Of a DNA stretch of 64,000 nucleotides, positions 26,082-38,599 are shown piece by piece. Positions within the stretch are counted from its first letter, which is position 1. Every line of letters begins with the position of its first letter. Origin of the DNA: Vicugna vicugna (taxonomy: Eukaryota); the NCBI GenBank assembly GCA_013265495.1, contig MU057651.1, positions 2,210,948 through 2,274,947 on the forward strand. The letters run 5' to 3'. The notes under the pieces are model-generated. The model saw only the letters and a list, made by a program, of their open reading frames with translations. It was not told the origin of the DNA and ran no database searches. The position numbers were made by a program, and so were the translations under genes.

Positions 26082-27212
26082 AGTACCTTTTGATTGCCTT
26101 CTTCCAACTCCCTTACCCCCCACCCCCACTCCCACCTCTGGCAACCACAAGTCCAATCTCTTTTCCTGAGTTTGCTTTTGAAATAGAATTGACCTGCAAT
26201 GCTGTGTTAGCTCCTGTTACACAACACGATGATTTGCCATTTCCATACACTTCAAGATCATCACCGTGGTAGGTCTACTTACAACAGCTCACCACACAAA
26301 GACACTGCACAGTTACTGACTACATTCCCCACACTGCGCATTTCCTACCTGTGGCTCATTTATCTCGCAACTGGAACTTTGTACCTCTTAATCCCTCTGG
26401 CCTACTTCTTTCCTCTGTATGTTCTCTGTATGTATAAATCTGCTTAAGTTTTGATATGTTTGTTCATTTGTTTTTTTTTAATTCCATACGTAAGTGAAAA
26501 CATGCAGTGTTTGTCTTTCTCTGATGTATTTCACTTAGCGTAATACCTCTATTCCCAACAATGTTGTTGCAAAAGGCAAGATTTCATTACTTTTTATGGC
26601 TGAGTCCACTGAATGTAAGTGTAATCTGTATACACACACACACATCTTTTTTATCCAATCATCTACTGGTGCACACTTAGGGTGCTTCCACATCTTGGCT
26701 ATTGTAAGTAATGCTGCTATGAGCACTGGGGTGCATGTACCTTTTCTAATCAGCGTTTTTGTTTTCTTCGGGTAAATACCCAGGAGCAATGTTGTTGGAT
26801 CACAGGGTAGTTCTATTCTTAATTCTTTGAGGCGTCTCCATGCTGTTTTCCATAGTGGTTGCACCAATTTACATCCCCGCCAACAGAGCACAAGGGTTCC
26901 CTTTTCGTCACATCCTCAACACACCTGTTCTTTGTCGTCTTTTTGATGATAGCCATTCTGACAGGTGGAAGGCGGTATCTCATTATGGTTTTGATACGCA
27001 TTTCCCTGACGATTAATGTGCTGAGAACATTTTCATCTGCCTGTTGGCCATCTGCATGTCTTCCTTGGAAAAATGTCTATCCGATCCTTCACTCATTTTT
27101 TAAATGTTAATAGTTGGTTTTTTGATGTTGAGTTGTATGAGTTCTTTGCATATTTTGGATATTAGCCCCTTATGAGATATATTGTTGGCCAATATCTTCT
27201 CCCACTCAGTAG
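26082..27212 (-). mobile_element. L1 ORF2 end and 3' UTR, inverted segment
   Basis: [21 protein letters not shown] and [25 protein letters not shown]2 C-terminal peptides on the minus strand. Confidence 0.88.
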
Positions 27213-27530
27213 GAGGTGGCAGTCAAAGGTACAAACTTCCAGTTATAAGGTAAATAAGGGCTAGGGATGTAATGTACAACATGATAAATATAATTAACAC
27301 TGCCGTATATTATACAGGAAAGTTGTTGAGAGTAAACCCTAGAAGTTCTCAACACAAGAACATTTTTTCCTATTTCTTTAATTTTGTACCTATGAGACGT
27401 GGATGTTCACTAAACTTACTGTGATAACCACTTCACGATGTATGTAAATCAAACCGTTATGCTGTGTACTTTAAACTTACACAGTGCGCTGTGTCAATTA
27501 CAACTCAACACAACTGGAAGGAAAAAAGAA
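27213..27530 (+). mobile_element. L1 3' terminus, forward segment of the same element
   Basis: CAAAGGTACAAACTTCCAGTTATAAG...AACTGGAAGGAAAAAAG. Confidence 0.82.
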
Positions 27531-28042
27531 TGTTCCTTAAACCTGGAGGAGAGAGAAGGGAGGCAGAGGAGGAAGGTAGGGTGAGACTGGGGAGGTCTTT
27601 GTAAGCCATGCCTTCACTCTGCAAAAACCAGAGTAAATAAAAGATTTACTCAAAAGAAAAAAATCCGTAACAAGCACTACACCTTGCACACAGCAGATAG
27701 CACACAGTATCTGCTACAGACGACACACCCTGGTATTGCTCGGTCGTTGCTGAATGAGCCAATGTGACCGACGTGGCAGTGTACACAGAACACGTGGGAG
27801 AAGCAGCATGAGAAATGCAATGACGCTTACACCCAAGCAATCTCGGTTAACAGGGAGGGAGCGCCGCACAAAGAAAGGCGTACGTATTCAAAGCCAGGGG
27901 ACCTGGGTCTAAACCTCAGTGGCCGCTCTCTGCTCTTAGGACAGTCTTGTCAGTTTTCTCATCTGCAAAATGAGACTAAATTGCAGCCTCAGGGCCACTG
28001 GAGGAACTGAACGGACTATTGTATGAACAACACTGCAAACCA

Positions 28043-28488
28043 TGCCAGTAAACGAAGAATGCTGAAGCCATCAAGGCACCAGTGGCTGCCACCACCCCAC
28101 AGTGAAGACCAGCCTGCAGCCTGGCTCCTGCAGCCACTCACAATGGTGCCCTCTGAGGGGACTCAGAACAAGAAAGGACAGGACACTGGCCCTAGACAGC
28201 TGAGTGCTTCTCCAAGGAATGAATTCAGTGAGCCCAAATGCTTGCTCCCTCCCATACACAGAAAAGCACTCAGTTCTTTAACTTGAAATGTCTATTTTTC
28301 TTTACATAAGTAATCTTTCACTGTTCCGACTCCCTGGTCTTTGCTGTAAAGCTGCTGTAGTCCTAGCTCCTCCCCTGCCTATTCGGAGCGGTCCCTCGGA
28401 GCCATCTGAGAGGCTGTCATCCCGGCCCGAGTCCTCCCGCCAAATAAAACAGAACCCTCAACTTTTAGGCCGTGTATTCCAGTCGACA
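28043..28488 (+). mobile_element. ERV solo LTR (ERV1-like) with 5-bp TSD
   Basis: TG...CA termini, AATAAA at ~28443, AACCA on both flanks (28038-28042 and 28489-28493). Confidence 0.78.
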
Positions 28489-29077
28489 AACCATAAAACG
28501 CTACAGGAACGCCCCCTCGCTACTCGTAAGGTTTCGCCTGCTTATTCTGCACCTTATACCTCACGTCTGATCTTACTCTTACATCAGACAGTGCACGCAC
28601 GCGCGCGCGCACACACAGCTTCAAGTCTAGTCCAAGGTCACGGGCACGGTCAAGACGCACCCTCCTCCCACAGGGCAACGCACGGCTGTTCCTGAACGAT
28701 CCTTGGGCCCCCGGTGCCTGGCCTTGGCGCGTTTCGCACCGTTTCCTTTGGTTCTCCCGCACATCCCACGCCTGCCTCCACGGCCCTTCCCCACTCACAT
28801 TCCGGGGCGGGGGACTTCTCTTCCCCATGCGCCCCCTTCCCTGAACAACTCTCACTTTAAACAAACCTCTCCTGTGCCTCCTGACTATTCAATTCCGGGA
28901 GACTCTTTCGTTTTGAAAAAGGTCTAAAACGGGGCACACAAAATGATGCAGCCAAAGCCTTTCTAGTCAAGCGACAACCATTTAAACTCTCACTTCTGAA
29001 TTATCACTTGTATTTCAGACACATAAAACAGCCTTTCAGATCTCTGGATCCAAAGGAGGAAACATAATTATACGCAG

Positions 29078-29412
29078 AATCTAAAAAAAAAAAAAAAAAA
29101 AAAAAAGACAAAGGAACTTATTTACAAAACAGAAACACTCACAGACACAGAGAACACTCGGTTACCGGGGAGAAAGGAGGTGGGAAGGGATAAATTGGGA
29201 GTTTCAGATTCGCAGATATTAATAAATATGAAATAGAGAAACAAGTTTATACTGTAAAGCACAGGGAACTATATTCAGTATTTTGAAACCTATGGTGAAG
29301 AATATGAGAACGGATGCATGTATGTCTCTATGTGACTGAAACGTGGTGCTGGGCACCAGAAACTGACACAACATTGTAAACTGACTATACTTCAATAAAC
29401 ATATGTTAAAAA
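29078..29412 (+). mobile_element. Lineage-specific L1 3' end
   Basis: GAACTTATTTACAAAACAGAAAC...GTAAACTGACTATACTTCAATAAA. Confidence 0.85.
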
Positions 29413-29829
29413 ATATTATTAACATAATAATAATGACACAAGTGGACTGATTATCATTTTGCTTTCTTGAATATGTGTAAGCACATCCGACTGTCCTTTA
29501 TAATTGGATTACCGCATTGCTCTTATTTTGCGGTTGGCTTTATTCCTTTGATAACTAGGTAAGTTTAAAAAGCTATACATGTATTTTGTTCTTAGAAACA
29601 ATAATTAAGACATATATGAAAACTAAAGAAAGCGCAGTATACTCTATATTTACATGCAGTATAATGTGTATGTGCAGTAGAACTGTAATAATTACAGCTA
29701 ATAAAACTGAAAAGGGGGAAATAAAGTAGTGAAAAGGAAAAATTTAAGTTAAAAAAGAAAAAGTAGTGAAAAAAATACAGTAGTGAAAAAAATAAAGTAG
29801 TGGAAAAGAAAAAACCAGTAGCAACAAAA

Positions 29830-30800
29830 CGGGCAGCGTCTGGAAGCCCCGCCCCCTGCACTTCCCGGCCAGCCCGGCAGGGGGAGCCCCCGGCCGCGGG
29901 AACCCAGGCCGCCGCGGGAAGTGCGCCCGTTTTGAAACGCAGGGGCCGTCGTGCGGGGCGGGCCGGCGGGGCGCTCACCTCACGGCTCGGCTCGACGAGA
30001 GCGGGGAGCCCGCGGCCCGGGCCCGCCGCCAGCCCCGCCGCGCCCGGCCGGGAGCCGAGGCCGCCATCCTCAGCCGCCGCCTGCCCACCGTCAGCGCAGA
30101 AGGTCGTTAGGCGGCGCGCGCCCACCGCCCGCCGGAAGTCGGCGCGGAGGGCCGGAAGTCGGCGGGCGAGGGCGGAAGGCCAGGGGCCCGCCCACTTCCG
30201 CCCGGCCGGGGGCGGGGCAGTGCGGCCGGAAGAGAGGCGCGCGCCCCGGGCCCCCGCCGCCGCCCGGGGACGCCTGGGGCGCACGGGCGCCGGGGAGCGG
30301 GTTCTGCAGCCGGAGAAGAGGGCTCGGCCCTCGGAGGGCCCGCGCGTCGCGGGGCGGGGCGGGCGTGTGGAGCCCGCGCGCGGGGCCGAGCTGGGGAGGC
30401 CCGGCGCCCGGAGACGCGCTCCGCCCGGAGGGTCGCCCGGCCCCGCGCGCGCGGGTAGGCGGAGCGGCTCGGGGAGGAGCAGCCCGCCTGTGTGCGGCTG
30501 GGAGAGTTCACGGCGTGTGGACGCTGCACGCCCGGTGCTCAGGGCCCGGCCGAGGACGCTGCGCCCTGCCGCCTTCGGGAGGAAGGAGCGGGCGGCCCGG
30601 GTGCGCTGGTCCCGGGCGGGCGGGCGGCCTCCAGCCGGCGGGCCCCCGCCTGCGTGCGCCCGGGTGTCGGGGAGTCGGCGCCGCTGGGAGCGTGCGGGCC
30701 CCGCCCCGGAGGGCGTCGCCCGTGCTGCCCTGGTGGACGCGCTGCGCGCCCGGTCCGCCCGCCCAGCGGGGGCCCGGGCCGCTTCGCCACCGTTGTAACC
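29830..30800. promoter_or_regulatory. CpG island / ZPBP promoter with clustered ETS(GABP)-type motifs and GC boxes
   Basis: Very GC- and CpG-rich; CCGGAAGT at 30132 and 30152, ACTTCCG at 30194, CCGGAAG at 30226; several GGGGCGGGG boxes; contains ZPBP exon 1. Confidence 0.88.
29979..30067 (-). CDS. ZPBP: ZPBP exon 1 coding part (MAASAPGRARRGWRRARAAGSPLSSSRAV); appears truncated/frameshifted
   Basis: ATG in good Kozak context (AGGATGG) inside the CpG island; resembles the recalled human N-terminus [24 protein letters not shown]; donor GAG|GTGAGC. Its 89 nt end in phase 2, but exon 2 needs phase 1. Confidence 0.8.
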
Positions 30801-30854
30801 TCAGCCTCGTAGGGTGGCTTCTGGCAGACTGCAGGCATTCGGATGGTCAGATTT

Positions 30855-31375
30855 AAAAAAGGAAGGGAAAGGGGCGGGGGAGGAAGGAGACAAAGAAAAG
30901 GAAAAAAGGGAAGGAAGAGGAAGGAAGGAAAAAGGGGAAGGGAAGAGAGAAAGAAAAGGAAAAAAGGGAAGGGAGGAGACAAAAGGAAAAAAGGGAAAGG
31001 AAGAGGAAGGAAGGAAAAAAGGGAAGGGAAGAGAGAAAGAAAAGGAAAAAAGGGAAAGGAAGAGAACGGAAGGAAAAAGGGGAAGGGAAGAGAGAAAGAA
31101 AAGGAAAAAAGGGAAGGGAGGAGACAAGGAAAAAAGGGAAAGGAAGAGAGATGAAGGAAAAAAGGGAGGGGAAGAGAGAAGGAAAAAAGGGAAGGGAAGA
31201 GAAGGAAAAGGAAGGGAAGAGAGAAGAAAAAAGGGAAGGAAAGAGAGAAAGGAATAAAGGGAAGGAAAGAGAAAGAAAAGGAAAAAGGGAAGAAAGAAAA
31301 GAAAGAGAAAGAAGGGGGAAGGGAAGAGACACAAAGAAAGAGGGAAAAAAGGGAAGGGAAGAGAGAAGGAAAGGG
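30855..31375 (+). repeat. Polypurine (GA-rich) low-complexity tract with internal repeats
   Basis: ~520 bp almost entirely A/G; the block GGGAAGAGAGAAAGAAAAGGAAAAAAGGGAA recurs. Confidence 0.95.
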
Positions 31376-32816
31376 CCCACCGAGCGGGACCAGGATGAAG
31401 GCGTTTCTCAAGCATTATGTAAATGTCCTCGGAAATCCTTAGTTCTTATTAACAAAGAAATTGAAATTTCTGCATTTCCCTGGAGGGTTTTTTGGCTACA
31501 ATTATACATATGTTAATTAGTAAGATGTATGCAGTACAGTTTATTGTACTGAGTAGATTTACTCCTTCAGGACTTGGAATCTGCATGAAGTCCTGCATTA
31601 ATGTAGCTTGTTCCGGCGTGTTTAGTAAAGAGAGACCTGGAGGACTTCGATCCAGCTGGCACTTTGGCCAAGGTCTTGCTGTTCCTTTGAACACATCTGG
31701 TAAACATACCTATTTACTTGGAAGTGCATAGTCACTACGTTTGTCTAGGCACATACTCTACTAAAACTTTAATTTTTATAAGCAAGTGAACCTGCACGAT
31801 ACAATTTTTATCAAATCAGTGTTGAGCTGTGGGCTTCTAGTGAATAAAGGGTACAGGGGACTATTCAGGCCGTGCTAAATCCTGAGGCCTGTGTTTTCTG
31901 TCATCAAGAATTGGCTTCAGTTCGTCAGTCCATCCCCTCCCCCCCGACCTCGGTCTGCTGTGCAAATTCTAAATAGTCAGCCTGAGAATAGGAAGTAATA
32001 CTGGTGACCTCAGTTAATGGGTGGTGTGAGTCCGAAGGGGGAAAGCTTGTGGCTGAAAATCAGAAAGACAGTAGGTCTGCGTTCATGTTCACATTTCGCA
32101 CCCCAGTCGGGATGCTGTGAGCTGTTGCGCCCAGATCCTATGGCCTGGAGTTCCTTCGGTAGCAGTTTTCAAGCAAGACCAAGTTAATCTAGTTGAAATG
32201 AGCTTTTAAGTGGACAGTACATTGATTTCTCTCTCTCTCTCTCTCTTTTTTTAAAAAAAAATTTTTTTTTTTTTTTTTTGCGCATGTGAGCTAATAGCTG
32301 CTACATGCTGCAGTTTCCTGAAATGACTTAGGGACCTCCTTGCTCTCCCTCTGGACGTCAGGGTAGCGAAAAGATGAGTAAGGACAGTTTAGGGCACGTG
32401 AACAGGGAGTCTGCACTTTGACTATAAACTGCAAAGTGCTTCCCTTAAAAATTAGATTCACTAGTTTAACTACTGTGTAATACACGTTCATTTTTTTTTG
32501 CCCTGCATTTAAATGTACATTTATTTAGGTAGTGTGTTTTGCGATTTATTATAAGGTAAATAACTAATTACAGTCAGATACATTTTAAAAAATATATTGT
32601 CACTCGGTTAACTGCTTTAACTTAGACTCTTTGCCGACTCTCACTTGCCCAGGAAATATCAACTTCGGGAAAAATTAAAAAAATAACACGGGCACGATTT
32701 CCCTGAGCATTGGTGAGGAGACCGTCATGGGGGTGGTACCCACAAGACTGCTTTGTTCTTCCTAAGAATTAAATTATGATGTGCATAATAAATGGTCCAG
32801 TGTGGTACAGTTCTAG

Positions 32817-32831
32817 CCGTTGCCAAGCAAC
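32817..32831 (+). promoter_or_regulatory. RFX X-box overlapping a MYB motif upstream of SPATA48
   Basis: GTTGCCAAGCAAC (32819-32831) and CCGTTG (32817-32822), ~260 bp 5' of the ATG. Confidence 0.6.
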
Positions 32832-33025
32832 AGGGCCTCTTGTTTGTTTTGTTTCTGTTCTGGTCCCTAGTAAGGACCTATCCTTCCTTTGGTGCAGGAA
32901 AAATACCTTAAAAATTAAAAGAAAAAAAAAGGCAACCTTCTCTATTGATATTTAGAAAGCCAGATCGAAAACTATATTAGATTAACCCATCCTCCTTGAT
33001 GATTGGAAATCCAGGAGTTTTATAG

Positions 33026-33823
<798 letters not shown>

Positions 33824-36663
33824 TGAACCTATTTGTAGCAGAATATTGGTTTTCGTGAGTGTAAGTAAGTGATCAACACGAAGTGTGTATCGGATAACTT
33901 ATTCTAAACATGGAAACAACCTAAGTTCACCACAAGGGGATTTACGTTTGATTTTAATAGTTGTGTATCATGCCTCCTTAGCTGTCCGTCTCCCTTGAAA
34001 GAATAAATCGGCTGGTGATTATGAGCGAGTTAGGTTCCAGGGCCTGAAACGGAAGGGGGAAGTCGTCGAAAGTGAATTGCTGGGGTCTCATAAGAACACC
34101 AGCTGAAGGATGGGTGGGTAAGCCCAGCACAGCCCTGGGCGCAGGGTTGATAACTGCTCTCTGAGAGCTGCCCCTTGTGGGGTTCTCTGTAAGGACCCCC
34201 AGGGGTGTCACAGGCCTGGCCCGGAGGTGGCGGGAAACACTTCCAAAGCAAAGCCCCAGGCAGTGTGCCTGTTAGAAACGTGTCTGGCAGGCGGGGAGCG
34301 ACAGGTGATGAACCTGTGCTGGCCAGGTGCTGGAGGAACAGACGCGGAGCTGGCCTCCTCAGTGAGAGACCGCGCCCGCCTCCACCCCCTTCAGCACCCT
34401 GCCAGGCCCGACGGGCCCACGAAGGGAGCAGCAGTTGGCATCCCCACTTTATGGAGCAGTGGCGATCCGTGGTTCCTGCCACTCCTCCGAGAAGAGAGGC
34501 CATCGGCACTTGGGGCCAGGAAGGGGGTAGGAATAAAGGCACGGGTCGTAGGACTGAAAAACCCCACAAGATAATGGTCCCCATCCCCACGCTCCAGATA
34601 CCCAACCTTTGAATTAGAAGGAACAACTTGCTGAGAGATGAGCACAGAATAAGAGTTAACGCTTTTAATAGACCTCCAGCAGGTGGTCTCCGGGAAATTC
34701 CTTAGTTTGGAATTTTCAAATAATATAGCTGAGGTTCAGCGACCTATTTTAAAAAATACTTACTTTATAATCCATCGGCAATGCCGTCGAGGGACATACG
34801 GTACCGCTGAGAAGCAAGTGCAATTCATGCTGAGGGAGCCCTTGGTGAGTTCAGGTCCGTCTGGCAGATACAGGACGTTTTTCATCGATGCTGAGCTACC
34901 GACCAACTTCCGAACCTGTCGGGAAGGGAGCTCGAGCTCGGCCTTTCGCTAAGGTTTCCATGGACAGTAATCGTCGTTTCAAGAACATGTCTTTGAAGAA
35001 TGCAACGCATTTTCCACTGGAGTCCGTTTTAGCCCAGGGTGTCACTTCGTAAGCAGCAAATCCCAGCCTCGTCCGATGTTCAAGAGCAATCTTGTTGGTT
35101 TGTTTTTGGGAGTTTTTCCAAGGGTGGACTGTGAAAAAAAATGATTCCAGCAAATTAGAGGTTGCAGAAATCATTTCTTGAAGCTAACTTATGGATAGAA
35201 GTTACTAGCTTAGGGTCAACTTTAAAGTATTAACTTAGGTTTAACAGGCATTGCACCTGCAGATTAGAACCAAGTATAGAGTTCGTCCAGCCTCTGTTTC
35301 ATTGCCTAGGTCAGGACAACAGAATCCACTCAAATGCTAGCAGAAGGCTTCCTGTCTAATGTAATTCGTGTAAAAATATTTACGACAAGGGAACGAGCCA
35401 GTAACGTTTGTTAGATGTGGAAATGAACCAGTAACGTTTGTTAGAAAGTCCGCAATGTTCACTTCCTTCATGTATAAATTCTCTTATAAAATCGTAAGAA
35501 TTCAATGAATCAAGATGGTTAAAATACTTGGCACAATTTGTGGAACCTGGTAAAGCATTTAATCAGTCGTAGCTGTTAACTAGCTACACCTGCAGTGCAG
35601 GGACTGGGTTCAGTGTCATTTCCTCTGGGCCTCCAGGGGTGTTGTGGACTCTGGAAATAATCATTAATTGTAAGTGATAAGTGTGTACAGTTTTTAGCCA
35701 GACCTGAATACGCATAGTTTCTCATACATTCTGATAAAAAAAAAAAAGCAGGCTGTTTTCTCAGAATGAAGTATGTTACACACCAGCGTGCTTGTCAGAG
35801 GGCTTTTGTAAGTGTCAAAACACGATCCTAAGAATAAAAAATAAAGAAATAAAAATAAGAAACGCACGGTCCTAAGAGATTGCATTGCTGACGTCCATGC
35901 AGCCAAGCCCAGCTCACCTCACCTCTGCTTAGACGTCTCTGTGCTGCCCTCCTGTCTCCCAAAACTGTAACTTTTTGTTCATCTTTTGCTGAGTTAGACT
36001 GATTCATGGGGCAGAGCTAAAAAGCAGGGGCCCGAGTCACAGGCCCCCGTGGAGGAGGGGAAGGACGTCTGTGGTCCAAGAGTCATCCTCACCGACACTC
36101 GTCCCTGGTCCAGACCAGAGGCATCAGCCAAAGTCGTCAGTCTCTCCAATTAAACCTTGCCCAGGGCGGTCTGTCTGGAGCTTAAGCCCGTGGCCGCTTG
36201 GCCCTGACTTTGGCCTGCCTCTTGTTCATCTTCCGCCGTTCCCTGCAGTCTCACGATGCAGCCGTGCGCATCCTTGGGTCAGTCCTCATGGGGGTTGTGA
36301 CGTTGCTGTCACGGGGCAGGCCTACCGTCCGCACACCGTTCATGAGCATCTCAAAACCAGGAAACCTGTTTTCCGTCTTTATGCGTCATCTGCTTCCCTT
36401 TGTCGTGCAGTAAATACTTGTTTAAGGCAACCTTCATATTTCGTAGTCTGCTGTATCAGCAGGTGAGTTGCTACATAGTAAACTCTGTGTCTCACCAGCC
36501 CCAGCACATCCCCCCCCACACACACACGCAGATTCACGGCACCCAACAGGTCTCTTCCATTAACGCGTAATAAACAACAAATAATTCTGCACTATTGCAA
36601 TTACCCCAACACGTAAATTCCAGAGCTATTCTGTTCTCTCTGCTGAGACAAGCTGTCAGATAG

Positions 36664-36903
<240 letters not shown>

Positions 36904-37584
36904 TAACCAGTCTGTGTCATTGTCAGTGATTTTGGTATTTTATGCCCTGTAAAATATAGCTGCCATTCACGAAGTGCTTCCTACGTGCCCGGCACTGTGG
37001 GAAACCTCGCTGTCATTGTGTATCGTGTCCCGACAACGTTGTGGAAGAGGAGTGAGTGGCGGGTGGTGGTGGGACCCAACCCAGGCCCCCTTTGCTGACC
37101 AGTGCGCCTTCCCCGGTGGCCGTGAGCAATGGCCACCAAGTGTGTGACGGCCACCCGCTGGAGGACAGCTCCCTCCCACAACGTCCCCCGCAGAACCTGG
37201 CCAGTGACTGACACCCTCGAGGAAACAGAATCAGGCCAGTCTTTAGCTGAAACCACGTTCCCGTGTTATCTTTTTCCGTCCTATCCTCCGCTTCACCCCG
37301 GCATGAAATGAACAAAAGCTGTGTTCCAGGCCCTGCTTCCAGGCAAGACGGTGGTGTTAGCCCCATGTTATTTGAGGAAACTGAAGCCGAGGGATGAGGG
37401 ATGTCAAGGAACTGGCTTTACTATCACCAAGATAGTAGATATCAAATCAGACATTAGACATAGATGCGTTTCTGGATTGAAGGATTATGTTATTAACCAT
37501 TATCCCACGTGGATTTCATAGACTAAACCCTTGGTGTTTGAATTACTTGAAGACTTCCCAGGGGTCCGTGGGTATGACGACTTT

Positions 37585-37752
37585 GTTTTTTTATTTTTAA
37601 AGAACATCTTTATTGAGATACATTTTGCATACCATAAATTTTACCCACTTGAAGTGTGCAGTTCAGTAGTTTTAGGCTACTTACAGAATTGTACAGCCAT
37701 CACCACAGTCTGATTTTTGATCATTTTCATCACCCCAAAAAGAAACCCCGTG
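37585..37752 (-). mobile_element. L1MB-like 3' terminus
   Basis: CTTTATTGAGATA...CATACCATAAA...CATCACCCCAAAAAGAAACCCCGT. Confidence 0.75.
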
Positions 37753-38599
37753 AAGATACGGATGCTTTCAAAATCAGTTTCCACGTGTTACTCTTACATG
37801 ACCTCCTTCCTAAAGTTGATCTGCCTGATAATTCATCTGCAGTTAGACACTCAGATGTTTTGAAATGCTCAAAAAGTAAAAAAGATGAGCTCACAATTTT
37901 TGTAAATAAAGTTAGAAATTAGAAAATGCAAAATTAGGAAATTGGGGGGTGGGGGGAGTAGTTCCAGAACTGAGAAAAACAGTAAACGAAGAACATGGAA
38001 ATGGAGTGCAGCAGCAGATGAGACAGTTAAAGCGAGAACTGGGGGACTGGTTGATGAAAGAGAGGAGACTACACAAATTTACAAAAACAGAAAATGCCTC
38101 AGTGAGAGTAAGAAACATGGACAATACGGCAAAAAGAAGAACATACGTTTATTTGAAATCCCAGATGTGCAAAAGAGCAGGACAGAAGCAATATGTGAAG
38201 ACACACTTGGTACCCCCGCTGCTGTGTTTGTTTCTGGGGCTCCCCGAGGCGTCCCCACATGTTTTCTGCTGCACATTCAGGATTACTCACGGTTCCACGC
38301 AAGTGAGCCAGACGTGACCCCCACAGCAGGAGTCTCGTGAGACAAAGCCCGGAGGACACAGAGATGCAAAGAAGCAGGATGTTTCTGAAAGTTACTTTTC
38401 ACGTTGTCTACTGCAGTGTTTGGAATCCAGGCATCAGTTGTCCTCTATTGTTAGGTTTTGTGGAAATGAAGAAATTCTAGGGAACTGAGGAATTCATGAC
38501 AATGATGGTGATGGAGGATCTTCCTGTGAATAATGCCGAGGTGTCAGGACGTAAAGGAAGGACCCTTCAGTGTCGTTATTAAGACTCAATATGGTGGAA

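Noticed and set aside
29592..30856. Long ORFs (230-332 aa) across the CpG island
   Set aside because: Arg/Pro/Ala/Gly-rich and open in several frames on both strands, as expected from stop-codon scarcity at very high GC.
30539..31516. K/E/G/R-rich and F/S/P/L-rich ORFs
   Set aside because: Translations of the polypurine/polypyrimidine tract.
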